Assembly (NCBI GenBank): GCA_013265495.1
Contig: MU061579.1
Location: 7,168,124-7,232,123 of the forward strand
From: Vicugna vicugna
Lineage: Eukaryota
DNA: 64,000 bases
Direction of reading: 5' to 3'
Made by a program: the position numbers and the translations under genes. The notes under the pieces were generated by a model. That model ran no database searches. It was not told the origin of the DNA and was given only the letters and a program-made list of their open reading frames with translations. Every line of letters starts with the position of its first letter. Position 1 is the stretch's first letter. Below are positions 11,991 through 24,440 of this stretch, piece by piece.

Positions 11991-12755
11991 AGAATCTGCA
12001 GGTTAGACATACATTTTTAACATCATGCTTATTTTTTCCAAAATGTACTTTAGAAGAAAATTCCTGTCCAGTGTGTAATACCTGCTCTCTTTATGTAGTG
12101 AATCACTGAAGTCTAAAATGAAATCTATTATGAGAAGACTGCCGATAAATATATTTCATGCTTTAAAAACAAATCTGACCCAATTTGGACAAAAATCGTA
12201 AATTCATCCTACTGCCTATCCCAAAATGACCTTTGTTTTCATTTGAGTATATTCCCTTTGTTTATATATGTGGTGATTTGTTTATAATAAAATTGAAATT
12301 ACATTTTTTATATATACCAGGCTTTTTTTAACTTAATCTCATACCCTGCATTTTTTAGTGTTATTTTCTCTGTTTTCCAATTTATGAATATATCGCAATT
12401 TATATAAGGATAATTCTAAGTGGAACACCCTTTTTTAAAGATCTTTGTTTACACCTCTCTGATTCTCTGGTTGTATTCTTTGGTTAGACTCCAAGAACGA
12501 ATTTTTGGAGCAAAAGTTATTGATATTTTAAAGGCTTGTTAACACTGTTATCACTTTTTTAAAGTTCAATTTATTAGACAGAAGTGTTATCCAGTTATTT
12601 GAGTTTATTTCTTTAGTTGAATAATTTTTCATGTTCATTGGTTTTAGTATTTATTCATTTCTTAATTGGTTGATCATGTACTTTGTTATTTTTATTGGTA
12701 TTTTAAATAAATATCCTATTACATTATGAACCCTTTTAAAGTTGAAGATAGTACA

Positions 12756-12876
12756 GGGGAGGGTAGAGCTCAGTGGTAGAGTGCATGCTTAGTATGCACG
12801 AGGTCCTGTGTTCAATCCTCAGTACCTCTGTTCAAACAAACAAACAAACCTAATCACCTCCCCCCAAAAACAAACA
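12756..12876 (+). mobile_element. Camelid-type tRNA-derived SINE
   Basis: ggggagggtagagctcagtggtagag (A box)...gtgttcaatcc (B box), (CAAA)n tail, 16-bp TSD aaagttgaagatagta (12738-12753) / aaagttaaagatagta (12877-12892). Confidence 0.9.
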
Positions 12877-13194
12877 AAAGTTAAAGATAGTAACCCTTTA
12901 TCATCTGTGTCACAAATGTTCCATTTGGTCTTTGCATTTTTGTTGATGGTGTCTTTTAAGATGAAAAATATTTGCTTCTTACGTAATCTATTAATCTTTT
13001 ACTTCGTGTTTCTTCTAGGACTGTAGTAACTGAAAGGCTCTTCCTTATTCCTAAATTAGATAAATATTCACTTGTATTTCCTTCCAAATATTTTTGTTCC
13101 CATTTATTTCAGGATCTAACTTTTTCTTAATAACCTATTGTCCTATTTATGAAATGATTTATAACCATTTATGAAATGATTATAAAAATCCACA

Positions 13195-14460
13195 GGATCT
13201 TATATGTAGAAAAACCTAAAGATTACACACACACAAGTTAGAACTAATAAATGAATCCAGTAAAGTCACAGGATACAAAATCAGCATACAAAAGTCAGCT
13301 GCATTTCTACATGCTAACAACAAACTTCCCAAAAAAGAAATTAAGAAAATAATCCTACTTACAATAGCATCAAAAAGAGTAAAATACTGATGAATAAGTT
13401 TAACCAAGGAGGTGAAAGACCTGTACGCTGAGAACTATAAAACATTGATGAAAGAAATAAAATAGGTATTTTAAAAAGATGTCTCATGTTCATAGATTGG
13501 AAGACTTAATACTGTTAAAATGTCCATATTACCCAAAGCAACCTACAGATTCAGTGCAATACCTGTCAAAATCCCAGTGGCAGTTTTTACAAAAGAGAAA
13601 AAATGATCCTAAAATTCATACAGAACCACAGAAGACCCAGAATAGCCAAAAAATAAAAATAAAAAACTTGAGAAAGAAAAAGAAAACTTGAAGTATCACA
13701 CTTTCTGATTTCAAACATATTACGAAGCTACAGTAATTAAACCAATATGGTAATGTCATAAAAACAGACATATAGATTAATGGAACAGAACAGAAAGCCC
13801 CAAAATAAGCTTATAAATATATAGTGTCTTAGTCCATCCATGCTGTTATAACAGAATACAATAGAATGAGTGGCTTATAAACAACCAAAATTTATTTCTC
13901 ACAGTTCTGGAGGCTGCAAAATTCAAGATCAGGGTGTTGGCAGATTCAGTATTTGGTGAGATCTCACCTCCTGGTTCATAGAGAGCTGTGTTCTTGCTAT
14001 AACCTCACATGGCATAAGGAACAAGGAAGCTTTCTGGAGTCTCTTTTACAAGGGCACTAATCTCATTCATTAAGGCATACAGACATCTAGTCTGTAGCAT
14101 AAGGTCACCTGATGTTCAACAAGAGTGCCAAGAGTACCTAATGGGGAAAAGACTGTTGGGAAAACTGCATATCCACATGCAAAAGAATGAAATCGGACCC
14201 TTATCTTACACTATAAACAGAAATCAACTCACAGTGGGCTGAAGATGAAACATAAGACCTGAAACTGTAAAACTCCAAGAAGAAAACATAACAGAAGACC
14301 TTCAGACATTGATCTGGGCAATGATTTCTGGGATATGACACCAAAAGCACAAGCAAAAAAAAATAAGCTGCACAGCAAAGAAAATGACAGAGTGAAAAGG
14401 CAGCCTATGAAATGTGAGAAAATATTTGCAGACCATTTATCTGTTAAGGAATTGATATTC
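13195..14460 (+). mobile_element. L1 ORF2 fragment (RT C-terminal region), decayed, containing an MLT1 insertion
   Basis: A-rich ORF2 text (gaactaataaatgaatccagtaaagtcacaggatacaaaatcagc; aaccaaggaggtgaaagacctgtac; atatccacatgcaaaagaatgaaa). Confidence 0.9.
13825..14099 (-). mobile_element. MLT1A-type solo LTR nested in L1
   Basis: tg...ca ends; 'tttatttctcacagttctggaggctg..aa.ttcaagatcagggtg', 'aagggcactaatctcattcat'; L1 text resumes after it. Confidence 0.85.
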
Positions 14461-16479
14461 TTTGGAATTTTTTAGGCAAAAATAACTCACAGCTAAAGAG
14501 TACTATTTCCCTAGGATGACAGTCTCTTTATTAATTTTTTCAGTGTAAAGCACCTACTGTAATATGATATAGTAACATTCCATTTAACATAGTGGTTTAA
14601 CCTATCAAAAGTTTTAGTATAGACAGAGAAATGAATGAGAAAAATAAGACTGTATTCTTAGATGAGAGAATTGTGGGTGACTATAAGGTATGGTTATGTA
14701 ACTTTTGACTGTGAGAGGCAAAACAATTTTTTTTTTCATTTTTAACTTAACAAATGAGCACCTTCTCTGTATGCCAGATATTGTTGAGGACCTGGAATAA
14801 CAAGAAGGAATGCGGGAGTGTCCCTAAGCCAGTTATTGGACTCCTTGACTTGGCCCTCGTACAGAGTTTGTCCAGCACATCCGGAGTGCCAAACACATCT
14901 GGCAGGCAAAGGAAAGTTTCAGCATCGGATCCCAAGTGTTAGTGCAAATGAACGTAACCTGAGATTTTACCAAACAGGATTACTATGATCAGTGAACAAT
15001 ATGTTCCTTGACTTTTTGGAATTGACTTGACCAAATTTGTCATGGGAAATTCTCTCCTCTTAGATCTTCCATTATTCTGAAGACTAGGTTACATAAATAA
15101 AGACCAGGTTAAACGACAGAGCGAGAAAAAGAAAGAGAGAGCTCATGTTAAGTGCATGCCAGCCATGAATCCAAGGCCCCTGTAAGTCAGTTATGTTCTT
15201 TGCATCTGTTTTAGAGAGGATATATCAAGGGACTGCTTTCACTGCTCTAAAGGTGTTAACACATGCACTTCTCCTAATAGTCACATAGGATAGGTATGGA
15301 CGAAGAATCGAGGGCATAGAGAGATTGTGACTTACCAGTCATCAAACTAGGAAGAAATGGGAGATTTGAACTAGACTATCTTCCCATTTCTCTTTAATTC
15401 AAACAAAGCTCCATATCCTGCCCTCCCATTTTAGTGCTGATTTTGTAGGACTTGCCACGGTCTTCCCTGGCACGTGCTGAAGAGGATGTGGGTGACTAAG
15501 CCATGCTACCAAGATTAACACTGACTTTAGCACAAATCTCTACCTGAGTTTGTAGCATTTCCCTTCCTTTCCCCTCCAAGTTCTCAAGCCAAGCTGAACT
15601 CACCGAGATGGATAAATATTAACTTTTAGGTCAGCATCACTGTGCGTCACAGGCCAGAGTCTAAATAGCAGGGAACTTTAATCTCCTCCTGTGTCTCCTC
15701 TCACATGGACAGAGGAAGACAGAATTGCAGCCTCAGGTGTTTCTCTACAAATCGGGAGGTGGTTGAGCCGCCTTGTTCTCTCCTTCATTCGGTAGGACTG
15801 GATTGTGTCTTTGTAGATATGTGGATAAAATATGTTAATTTTTAATGATCAGATAATCAGGGGAGTTCCACTGTTGATTATCGGATCTCTGTGTGTTTGT
15901 GTTCACAGGTCCAGACACACATACAAAGAGGTACAAAAAACACACAAGTAGAGGTCACGGGACCTTGGAAGTTACTTAGGCTATGCCTCTCAATTTATGA
16001 AAAAGGCAACACCTCAAATATTATTTACCAAAATGTTATTTTGAAAAAGTAGTCCCATGTTGGCTCTCTATATACTATTGCAATTTAAAGGATTTAAAAA
16101 ATTTTTTTTCATCGAAGTTATATATATAGCAGGGTACAGTTAAAGGACCTGCTAGTTCTAAAAGTTTCTTAAGAACAGGGTCCTCATTTTCCTGTCCCCA
16201 GAAAAACCTCTTTCACCTCTGCCTGGTCTTTACCTCCGTATACCTTAATGACAAGTAAGTATTGCCACCTCCTGATTTTTTCAGTTTGAAGCATTCTACA
16301 TCGACTTTCCCTTACAAATATGAGGACTTAGCTCTTTATTCTCCTGGTCAACACCACGTACAGCCAACTGCTCTCCTCACAATACAGCTGTATCTCAGTT
16401 GTGATTAGAAAAATTGAAAGTTGATGTTATTATGACTATATATGCTATTCAGAAATGGGGCATATGCTAAACTAGTATT

Positions 16480-18460
16480 TTCTTATCAGCACAACTTTTC
16501 CATGGAGGTAATATTTTCTTTTTACTTGTTTATTTATTTTGTCTATTTGGTTGTATGTGTGTGTGTGTGTTTTATGTACTTAACATTCATTCAATACTGA
16601 AATATTTGCCAGTTGTCTACATGTTCTCTGAAGATGTTCCATGATTCTGTCGGTTTCATATTAGGTGTTATATCAGTTATGTCAATCTCCTGCTTCTGAA
16701 GAAGTCTCTCTGAGACTGCTGACCTGCTCATCTGGACTGGTTGTCCCCTCTGTCTGGTTGCACTGAGATCTCCTGTCATTACCATCCACAGAGTCCCATC
16801 CCTTCTCTGATGCGTTGGAACTCCTATTTCCTAGACTTCATGTCTTTTTTTCCTTCTTCTTCTTTTATCCCCTCATTTTCATGGAACTCATCCTACGGTA
16901 GCTTCCTAAGAAAAAGCATATGGAGGTTAAAACTTATGTAAGAACCTGCCTGTCTGAAAATGTCTGTATCCTACCTCCCGCTTGATTGATGGCATGATTG
17001 CATAGGAAGTTCTATGTTGGAAATAATTCTCACACAAATTTTTTCTTCTTCAGAATTTTGAAAACATTGCTCCATTATTTCCTCATTCGTGGGATGTTGA
17101 GAAGTATTCTAATTCCAGAAGTATTCCAACCGCCATTTCAATACTTAGTCCTTTATATATAATTGTATTTTCTTCTCTGAAAGTTGCTTGAATATGTTGA
17201 GAAATTTCACAACGGTATACCTCAGTGTGGGTTTTTTTTTTTAATCTATTGTACTGGATGCTTAGTGGATCCTTTAAATCTAGCAAATCTACCCTCCAGT
17301 TTTGGGGGATTTTCTTGAATTGTTTTGCTGATGTTTTCTTCTCCTGTGGGTGTTTTGTTTTACTTTCTAGATCTCCTGGAATTCCTGAATTATTTATCTG
17401 CTTTTCTTACTCTTTCTCTCCTATTACCTCTTTCTTTGTCTTTTCACTCTGGTTTCTTCCATTTTAACTTAGATTCCTTCAACTGAAGTTATTGTTTATG
17501 CTGTTGTGTTTTTAATGTCTAAGAGACCTTTTTTGTTCTCCAAATGCTCTTTTTTAAGTGGTATCATTTTCTTGCTTCATAAGACAATGTATTTCTCTTG
17601 CCTCTGTGAATTTTTTGATAATAATTTTTGAAAATTTCTTTTTACTCCATAGTTTCTGATCCCCCCCATATTGTTTTTGTGGTTTTCCTTAGCTATTTGA
17701 TGATCATTGGTGTTCTCATATATAAGAGAAAGGGACCAAAAACTGAAGTTCTGAACATGAATGTGAAGGAAGGTTGCACTTATTAACAGTGCCTTTGGTG
17801 TAGTGATCTGGCTGAGGCAGTTCTAACTTCTAACATCAGTGTCTTTGGGCTTTCCTCGTGTGCTGGCCAGATCTCCGAAGAAAACTCCTGCGAATTCTTG
17901 CCTGGAGAGTAAGGGCCTGGCTGCCAGTGTTTGGGAGGTGGAGGGTGGGAAGTAGACTGGAGGACTATGTGTATGCTGTGTGCATATTAATCCTCCTGTC
18001 TTTTTATGGTACCCACCCTGAATATTGCCTGGACATCCCCAATTCAGAGACCCTGTGTTTTGCCGTCACCACAGGATAAACTTCCAGGCTTCTGCTGAAG
18101 TGGAGGAGGTGCCGTCACCCGGCTGCTTGCATAGGAGAAGGGGGGTGGGGTGTCAGCTGTTTCTTAAACACAGTTCTGCCAGTCCTGGAGCCTTTTGAGG
18201 GCCCTGCCATGAAAACGGGTGGGACTCATCCATCCCCATTTCCAGCTTCTGGGTCAGCCTTCCCAGGTCCACTGAGGGGTCACCCATCCACCTGCTTCTA
18301 GGTTCAAAGGTGCTGTTATTGTCACCTCTCCCAGTTCTACTATTAAAAAGATACATATGTATGTATATGTGTATATGTGTACATACGTAATGACTTCAGT
18401 TTCGATAAGATTCAAGAGGAGGCCAAGACTGATAAGCGTATTCAATCCACTGTCTTCAGC
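16480..18460 (-). mobile_element. Ancient L1ME/HAL1-type 5'/ORF1 region
   Basis: T-rich antisense text with 'tgtctgaaaatgtct.tat', 'ttcagaattttgaaaacattgctccatt'; similar to 31670-33140. Confidence 0.55.
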
Positions 18461-19368
18461 TGATGCTCTACCAACACTAATTTAAATAAAGATGGTATTT
18501 ATCAACAAATAATACACAGGTCCAAAAGCATGTGAGTATTCATTCTAACTAATTACATGGAATTACAGGATTCCAACATAAAATTTTAAAAATTTTTAAA
18601 GGAAAACAGATTCCCCTGTGAACATATCTTTTTTTTTCATCTCTCACTTCCTAATGTATTAGTTTAGCAGTCATTCTAGGCTTAATTGACAAACTTTTTT
18701 GAGTTTCTGCTTTGTCTATGACATAATTACAGGTTCTACACAGTTTAAAATCCCCTCTCTTTTCCCTGCCACTCTACTGAGAGGGAGATATCATGACATG
18801 AATGATTAAACTATAAGACTGTGTTCCATTTATACAATGCCTTAGGAATTTTCACAAGTGAGAGAAACTATTTTATCAACTACTGATAGTATCAAAGTGA
18901 ATAGTCACATCTATTACCTGTCAGACAGATACTTTATAATTTTTTTTGCTGTTCCCTCAGGGAGGTGCAGCTGGCATTTTAAGCAAGGAAATCCTTGGTT
19001 TTGCTGGACAAGCCTGTGCGCTACAGTTTGGTTAGCACATAAGCATTAACTGCTGTGAGTGTCCTCTTGTCATTAAGACACTAAAATATAAATTCCCTTT
19101 TATGTTTTCAGACGTCCCTTCCACTTTTCCAAGTGTCCCCCATGGGGCAGTATCTGCCTTCCCCAGAAAACCACTGATGTCTAATACAACGCTTTGAAGT
19201 GGGTCTCATTTTCATTTGACAACAGAGATCCAGGGACTCTGAGAGGTCAGGCAAGCTCCTGTGCTCACCATAAGCTGCTCAGTGTTGGCACCTGATTCGA
19301 AAATTAAGTCTAATCCCCAGACCTGCTCTACCCAGCTGCTCCCAGTTGCTGAAAGGGTTCAGGGAGGT

Positions 19369-19770
19369 AGTATTGGTCAGAGCAGGCTGCGTAACAAAAT
19401 ATCAGAGACTGGGTGGCTTAGAAAAATGGAAATGTGTTTTCTCACAGTTCCAGAGACTGGGAAGTCCAAGATCAAAGGTCCTAGGCAGGGTTCAATTTGT
19501 GGTGAGAGCCCTGCTCCTGGCTCGCAGATGGCTATTTTGTTGCTCTGTTCTCATGTGGCCTTTCCTCTGTGCATATACATGGACAGAGAGCTGAAGACAG
19601 AGAGGGGAAGAGAGAGCTCTCTCTGCTGTCTCTTCTTATAAGACCACTAATCCTATCAGATCAGGGCCCTACCCTTCACCTCCTTTAACCTCAGTTACTT
19701 CTTTAGAAGCTCCATCTCCAAAGCTTCAACATGGGAATTTTGAAGGGACACAAACATTGAGTTCATAACC
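19369..19770 (-). mobile_element. MLT1B-like solo LTR
   Basis: 'ctcacagttccagagactgggaagtccaagatcaa', 'tcttcttataagaccactaatcctatc', 'gggacacaaacattgagttcataac'. Confidence 0.85.
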
Positions 19771-20261
19771 GAGTTTGAGGACTGAGCATAAGTCCTTCGA
19801 TTGGGTGACTCTGATCACAGGTGATCTTTGTGGAAAAGTCTTTTGGTCTAGGGGTAGGGCCAGAAGCCATTTGGAGCTGACTGAGGAGTAAATGCTTGAG
19901 GAAAATGTGATGGCCTGTACTTAAGGGCCGTAAAAGATGGGGAGAAGAGACAGTCCACTGAGCAACCTTCAGAGCTGAGAACTTGGTAATCAAAAAAGGT
20001 ATATTTAGCAGCTAATAGTCAACATATCCTATTAAGTGGAATGTTTCTGACTCAAGAGATCTGGATTTATTTTAGGATTATATCTAGTGGTTAAAGTAGC
20101 ATTTACTAGATCTAGAAATACTGGCACTTATGAAATCTTTTCATTCTGTGATCTTCCTTGTCCCATTACTTTGAGACCCACCATTTTAAAAAAAAACATT
20201 TTACGTCAACACTGTAAGCACACACATATAGGCACATATGAAACAAAATTTATGAAATGAT

Positions 20262-20779
20262 ACATCTTGGTTTGTATTGCTGCCTAACAAAACACCACAA
20301 AACTTGGCAGCTTTTTAAACAAAACCACAAAGTGCTCATAAATCTGCAAGTCAGGCAGGACACAGTTGGGAACATCTGGTCTCTGCTCCACGTAGTGTTA
20401 CCTGAGGCAGATCACTGGGGAACAGGGAACCCTTTCTCGAGATGGTTCACGGTGCGGGCAGTTTGTTGCCAGCTGTCAGCTGGAAGTTCAGTCAGTGCTA
20501 TGGGCCAGGGTCCTCTGCAGGGACTGCTTGGTTTCCAGGGCACGCATCCTAGGAGGAGAAGGTAGAAGGATATGGCATTTTTATGATCCAACCTCAGACG
20601 GCATGGTGTCACTTTTGCCATATTCAGTTGGCTGAGGCAGTCACAAAGTTCCACCCGTGTTTATGGGGAGGAGGCAAAGACTCTACTACTCAGCGGACCA
20701 AGTGTCAAGGTCACGTTGCAAGAATATGTAGAATGGGAGGTACTATTTTGACCATCCGTAGAAAATACGGTTTGCCACA
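20262..20779 (-). mobile_element. MLT1G/H-like solo LTR, nested in a Charlie4-like hAT fragment (~20150-20915)
   Basis: 'tattgctgcctaacaaaacaccacaaaactt', 'tgtcacttttgccatattc', ends 'aaaatacggtttgccaca'; downstream 'ccactaatgggtc..cagtttgaaaaa'. Confidence 0.7.
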
Positions 20780-21090
20780 CTGTACTCACCTTGTATTGTA
20801 CACTAGTGCAAGCAGTACATTCTGATATATTCTGCTTTTTTAGTGCTGATGATTATCCACTGAATTATGCTAACAGTCCACTAATGGGTCACCAGTCCCA
20901 GTTTGAAAAATATTACGTGCAATTGTGAAATGGAAACAGTAGTCAAAAAAAATTCTCTTAAACATAGGTAAAATGCTTTAATACCAAATGTAGGGCTAGT
21001 TGAAAGATTGTAAAAGATTAAAATTAAAATATATGAGCACAATAAAGTTTTTTCCTTTTGCTTTCTAATAACTATTCATCAGAATGAGAC

Positions 21091-21235
21091 TTTTTTTTTT
21101 ACATTTTTATTGATTCATAATCATTTTACAGTGTTGTGTCAAATTCCAGTGTTCAGTACAATTTTTCAGTCATATATGGACATATACACACTCATTATGT
21201 ATGTCTTCCTTGGCGAATTGCTTGTTTAGGTCTTC
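21091..21235 (-). mobile_element. Short young L1 insertion with an internal deletion
   Basis: Poly-T tail and L1 3' terminus, then a jump to upstream L1 text (tgtatgtcttccttggcgaattgcttgtttaggtcttc); TSD tgagactt (21085-21092 / 21236-21243). Confidence 0.7.
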
Positions 21236-21494
21236 TGAGACTTGATGATCTCAGCTGAGTTCATTTTACAAATGAATCAAAATCTCACATACATCAGTGA
21301 CTAAGACCAAAATATTGTCGTTGTTATGACAAACCTTGTCACCTGTAATTGTTTTATACAAAATGTCTTCTTAAAATTATTGGTAGCAGTATACATAATC
21401 AAGTAGTTGGAACCCAATCCTTTTCTTTTTATTCGTCGTTTACTCGTTTCTCCAAAGAAAGTCTCTGAGTATGGACTCTGGGTCCTTGTGACAA

Positions 21495-21665
21495 GATCTC
21501 TGATTAAGGGCGCACATGGTACTGGGGCGGCCAGAGGGGGAGCTGGAGGGCTTGTTGAAAAGACAGAATTTGGGACCAGCTCTAAACCTGTAAATTCAGA
21601 ATCTGCATAGTAACAAGATGCCCAGGAGATTCTTGAGCATATTCAAGTTGGAGAGGTCCTGATCT
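21495..21665 (+). mobile_element. MER5-like hAT-Charlie fragment
   Basis: 'ggagggcttgttgaaa..acaga', 'aaattcagaatctgca', 'taacaag..cccaggagattct...gcatattcaagttggaga'. Confidence 0.55.
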
Positions 21666-22854
21666 AAATCAGTGTTTTCCGAAAAATGTTTGGACCATGC
21701 AGCCTATCAGTAAAAAAAATTGCCATGAATTATATGTTTATGTGTATGTTTGTGTAATACACATGCACAGTTTGACTCATATTTTATAAAAAAAAAGTTA
21801 TACACTGAATATATGTTTTCTAAGGATGAGGGCTGTTTTAAGGATGTAGGAGCTGTAGTGGTTTTCTCCCAATCCCCAATGTTTTATCTCAGTAATTTGC
21901 AGAGGTACAAGCACCCCATCTGGGGGCCCAATGACCTAAATCACACCAGGAGTCCCAGTGGCTCAGTCCTAAGTATCCTTTGTATCTTTTCCTTGAACAT
22001 ATGATCCTGTATTACTGATGCTGTAATTATCTTATAGCTAAAGGTTAGGCTGACTCCCAGTCAGTCGCTCTAGTATCCCTTCTGTGCTTGAAATGCTTGT
22101 TTTTGCTGAAATTGCCCATGGCTTGACAGTTAATCCTTGGTGCCCCCGAAATTCAGGATAAAGAAAAGCGTTTATACATGTTTATAAAATAAGAGGACAA
22201 GTGAGGTCTTAGAATCTCTGACTTCCTTGAGATTTGATCTAATAACTATAAGTGAGTTGTTCTTTTTATTCTTGGAAGAAAACACTGTATTCTGGAGGGT
22301 GAAATGGGGGACCCGTTCATCCTGTTTACCTTCCCATTTAGAAGACAGGAGCGAGTCAGCCTCTTCACCTCTGCCCCTCCGCAGTGAACCTGGAGTTGAT
22401 TTGAAAGGAGGGAGAAATGCAGTAGGCTGTATACGTGTGTGCCCCAGGCTGTGTGCTGGACACTCTCCGTGGACCAAATCCTCTAGTTCATTTAACACAA
22501 GCTTGTAACATAGGTATTTTTTACTACCATTCTGCATGTTAAAAAAAAAAAATGTCTTTTTTGCATTTTTTAAAATATCTGCTTTTTTAAAAAAAAAGTA
22601 AAGAAATGATCTAAAGAGGCTTGGAATCTCAAGAGTAATGACAGATGTTTCAGGGCAGCATTTTTTTAAAATTATCAAACATTCTTTAAAAGACTCTATC
22701 ATTCATCTAAATAGGATGTGCCCCTAAGTGACTGTTCTCTGTGCAGATTTCACAGAAGACAACTGCTAGCCCATGATTTTGACATAAAATACTTATGATT
22801 GGAAGTTACTCTTTGGGTCTGTGATAAATCTCCCCAATTACAAGTTTCCCATCA

Positions 22855-22956
22855 CTTTTTTTTTCCTTTTCTTTTCTTTCTTTCTTTCTTTCTTTCTTCC
22901 TTTCTTTCTTTCTTCCTTCCTTNNNNNNNNNNNNNNNNNNNNNNNNNNNNNNNNNN

Positions 22957-23038
<82 letters not shown>
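22855..23038. repeat. (TTTC/TTCC)n microsatellite, 34-N assembly gap (22923-22956) and ~82-nt poly-T
   Basis: Directly visible. Confidence 0.95.
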
Positions 23039-23040
<2 letters not shown>

Positions 23041-23269
23041 ATTTCCTGAGAGGAGATGAAATACTGATTTGGGGGAGCCAGGTAACTATCTGGCATGTAC
23101 TCAAGAAACCTGATTGTGACCGGGCTTGTTCTTAAACTCACTCATCTTTCAGGTATATTTGAAAAGTGCTTCACTGTTAGAGAGGAAGCAGCTCCCATGA
23201 CTGATCCGTGGGTGTCCAGTAAAGGACTATTTTACAGCGCTTCTGCCAGCAACTTGAGGATAAACACCT

Positions 23270-23400
23270 AGTTGTATTTGAGGCATTATCTTAGGACCTT
23301 TGTGTGCCATATCTCTAATCCTTACAACCGTCCTGGGCACGGCATTATCCCCACTCTTCAGATGAGGAAACCGAGCGCTGCCTCGAAGTCCCGGGACTGT
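23270..23400 (-). mobile_element. MIR fragment
   Basis: MIR core 'attatccccact.ttcagatgaggaaaccgag'. Confidence 0.65.
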
Positions 23401-23639
23401 GTGGAAGTCCTTGGCTCCCTCCCCTACCTGGAGCTTAACGCCAGACCTCCCACCCCTGGGACTGATTAACTCCCAGCAGGGGAAGCTGGGCCTCAGGGCC
23501 CCTGTTAATTGGAGGTTAGTGGTGTGTGGCTGAAAGAAAATCGTCCGAGAAATGCATTTGCCCTTCAGGCTCAGAACCCTGAAACCTTGCGCTGCAGCGG
23601 CCAGGACTGGCTGCGGAATTCTGGAATTTCAGAAATGTA

Positions 23640-24440
23640 CTGCGGTGATACGAAAAGTTAAATTCTATTAAAGCATAATCAAAGTACAGACAAAGTTAAT
23701 AAGTACTCAAAACTCACCACTTCCTAATTATTTCGCTGTTTCCTGTGTTCTTGAGGGCATTTACATCCATCGTATCTGTGTGGGAGGAACGTGTCTAATG
23801 GTGTGAAACCGTACATCTCTTTCCAGCTTTGTGTTCAGGGACCTGACTTTGCTAACCTGAAATCCGCCATGACAGGAGCATTTACACCATGGAAAGTGGC
23901 AAATGCTATAAACCCCGGGCTCAATTTAATGCTTGTTGCTTGAGGACACTTCAGAATGTGCTGAAGAAAATATTGATGCAAATTAAACTGAGAAGTTTGC
24001 TGCGTCTGTAGCTGTTACAGGAAGATAACACACAAAAAGTCCCTGGAGAAAGTTTTCTTCCACTGTTAAAAAACTGTTGTCTGATTACGCAAAGAACTTG
24101 CTCAAGTTATTAGCAACCAAGTGAAATTCCCAGATCTGTGTTCCTTGTTTCACTTTCGTCTAACTTACTAACTTAGAGTGAAAATACCAACTAACAGTCA
24201 CATGGAGTCTATACCTACTTGGCAGCTGCAACCATAGGTTGACTACAGATAAAAGAATCTAGCAAAACTCAGTTAAAGCATTCTGTGAAAATCAATTATC
24301 CCTGTGGAATTCGTTATAAAAAGAAGATACTGGATTTCTTATTATAACTTATAAACTATGTGCTACACGTGCTTTATTTATAATATAAACTTTTTTTTTC
24401 TCTGTAGAACCAATTATTAAGCGTTGTCAGCACACCACTG
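23640..24440 (-). mobile_element. Arthur1-like hAT-Tip100 DNA transposon
   Basis: 'ggagcatttacaccatggaaa.tggcaaatgcta', ends 'cagcacaccactg'. Confidence 0.7.

Noticed and set aside
12756..12830. tRNA gene (A and B boxes present; likewise 36055-36129)
   Set aside because: Followed by a SINE body and (CAAA)n tail, with a TSD at the 12756 copy; it is a tRNA-derived SINE
22172..22702. 176-aa minus-strand ORF
   Set aside because: Crosses A/T homopolymer runs, no recognisable homology or exon structure
22799..23141. Poly-Phe and poly-Lys ORFs
   Set aside because: Artefacts of the microsatellite, N gap and poly-T run
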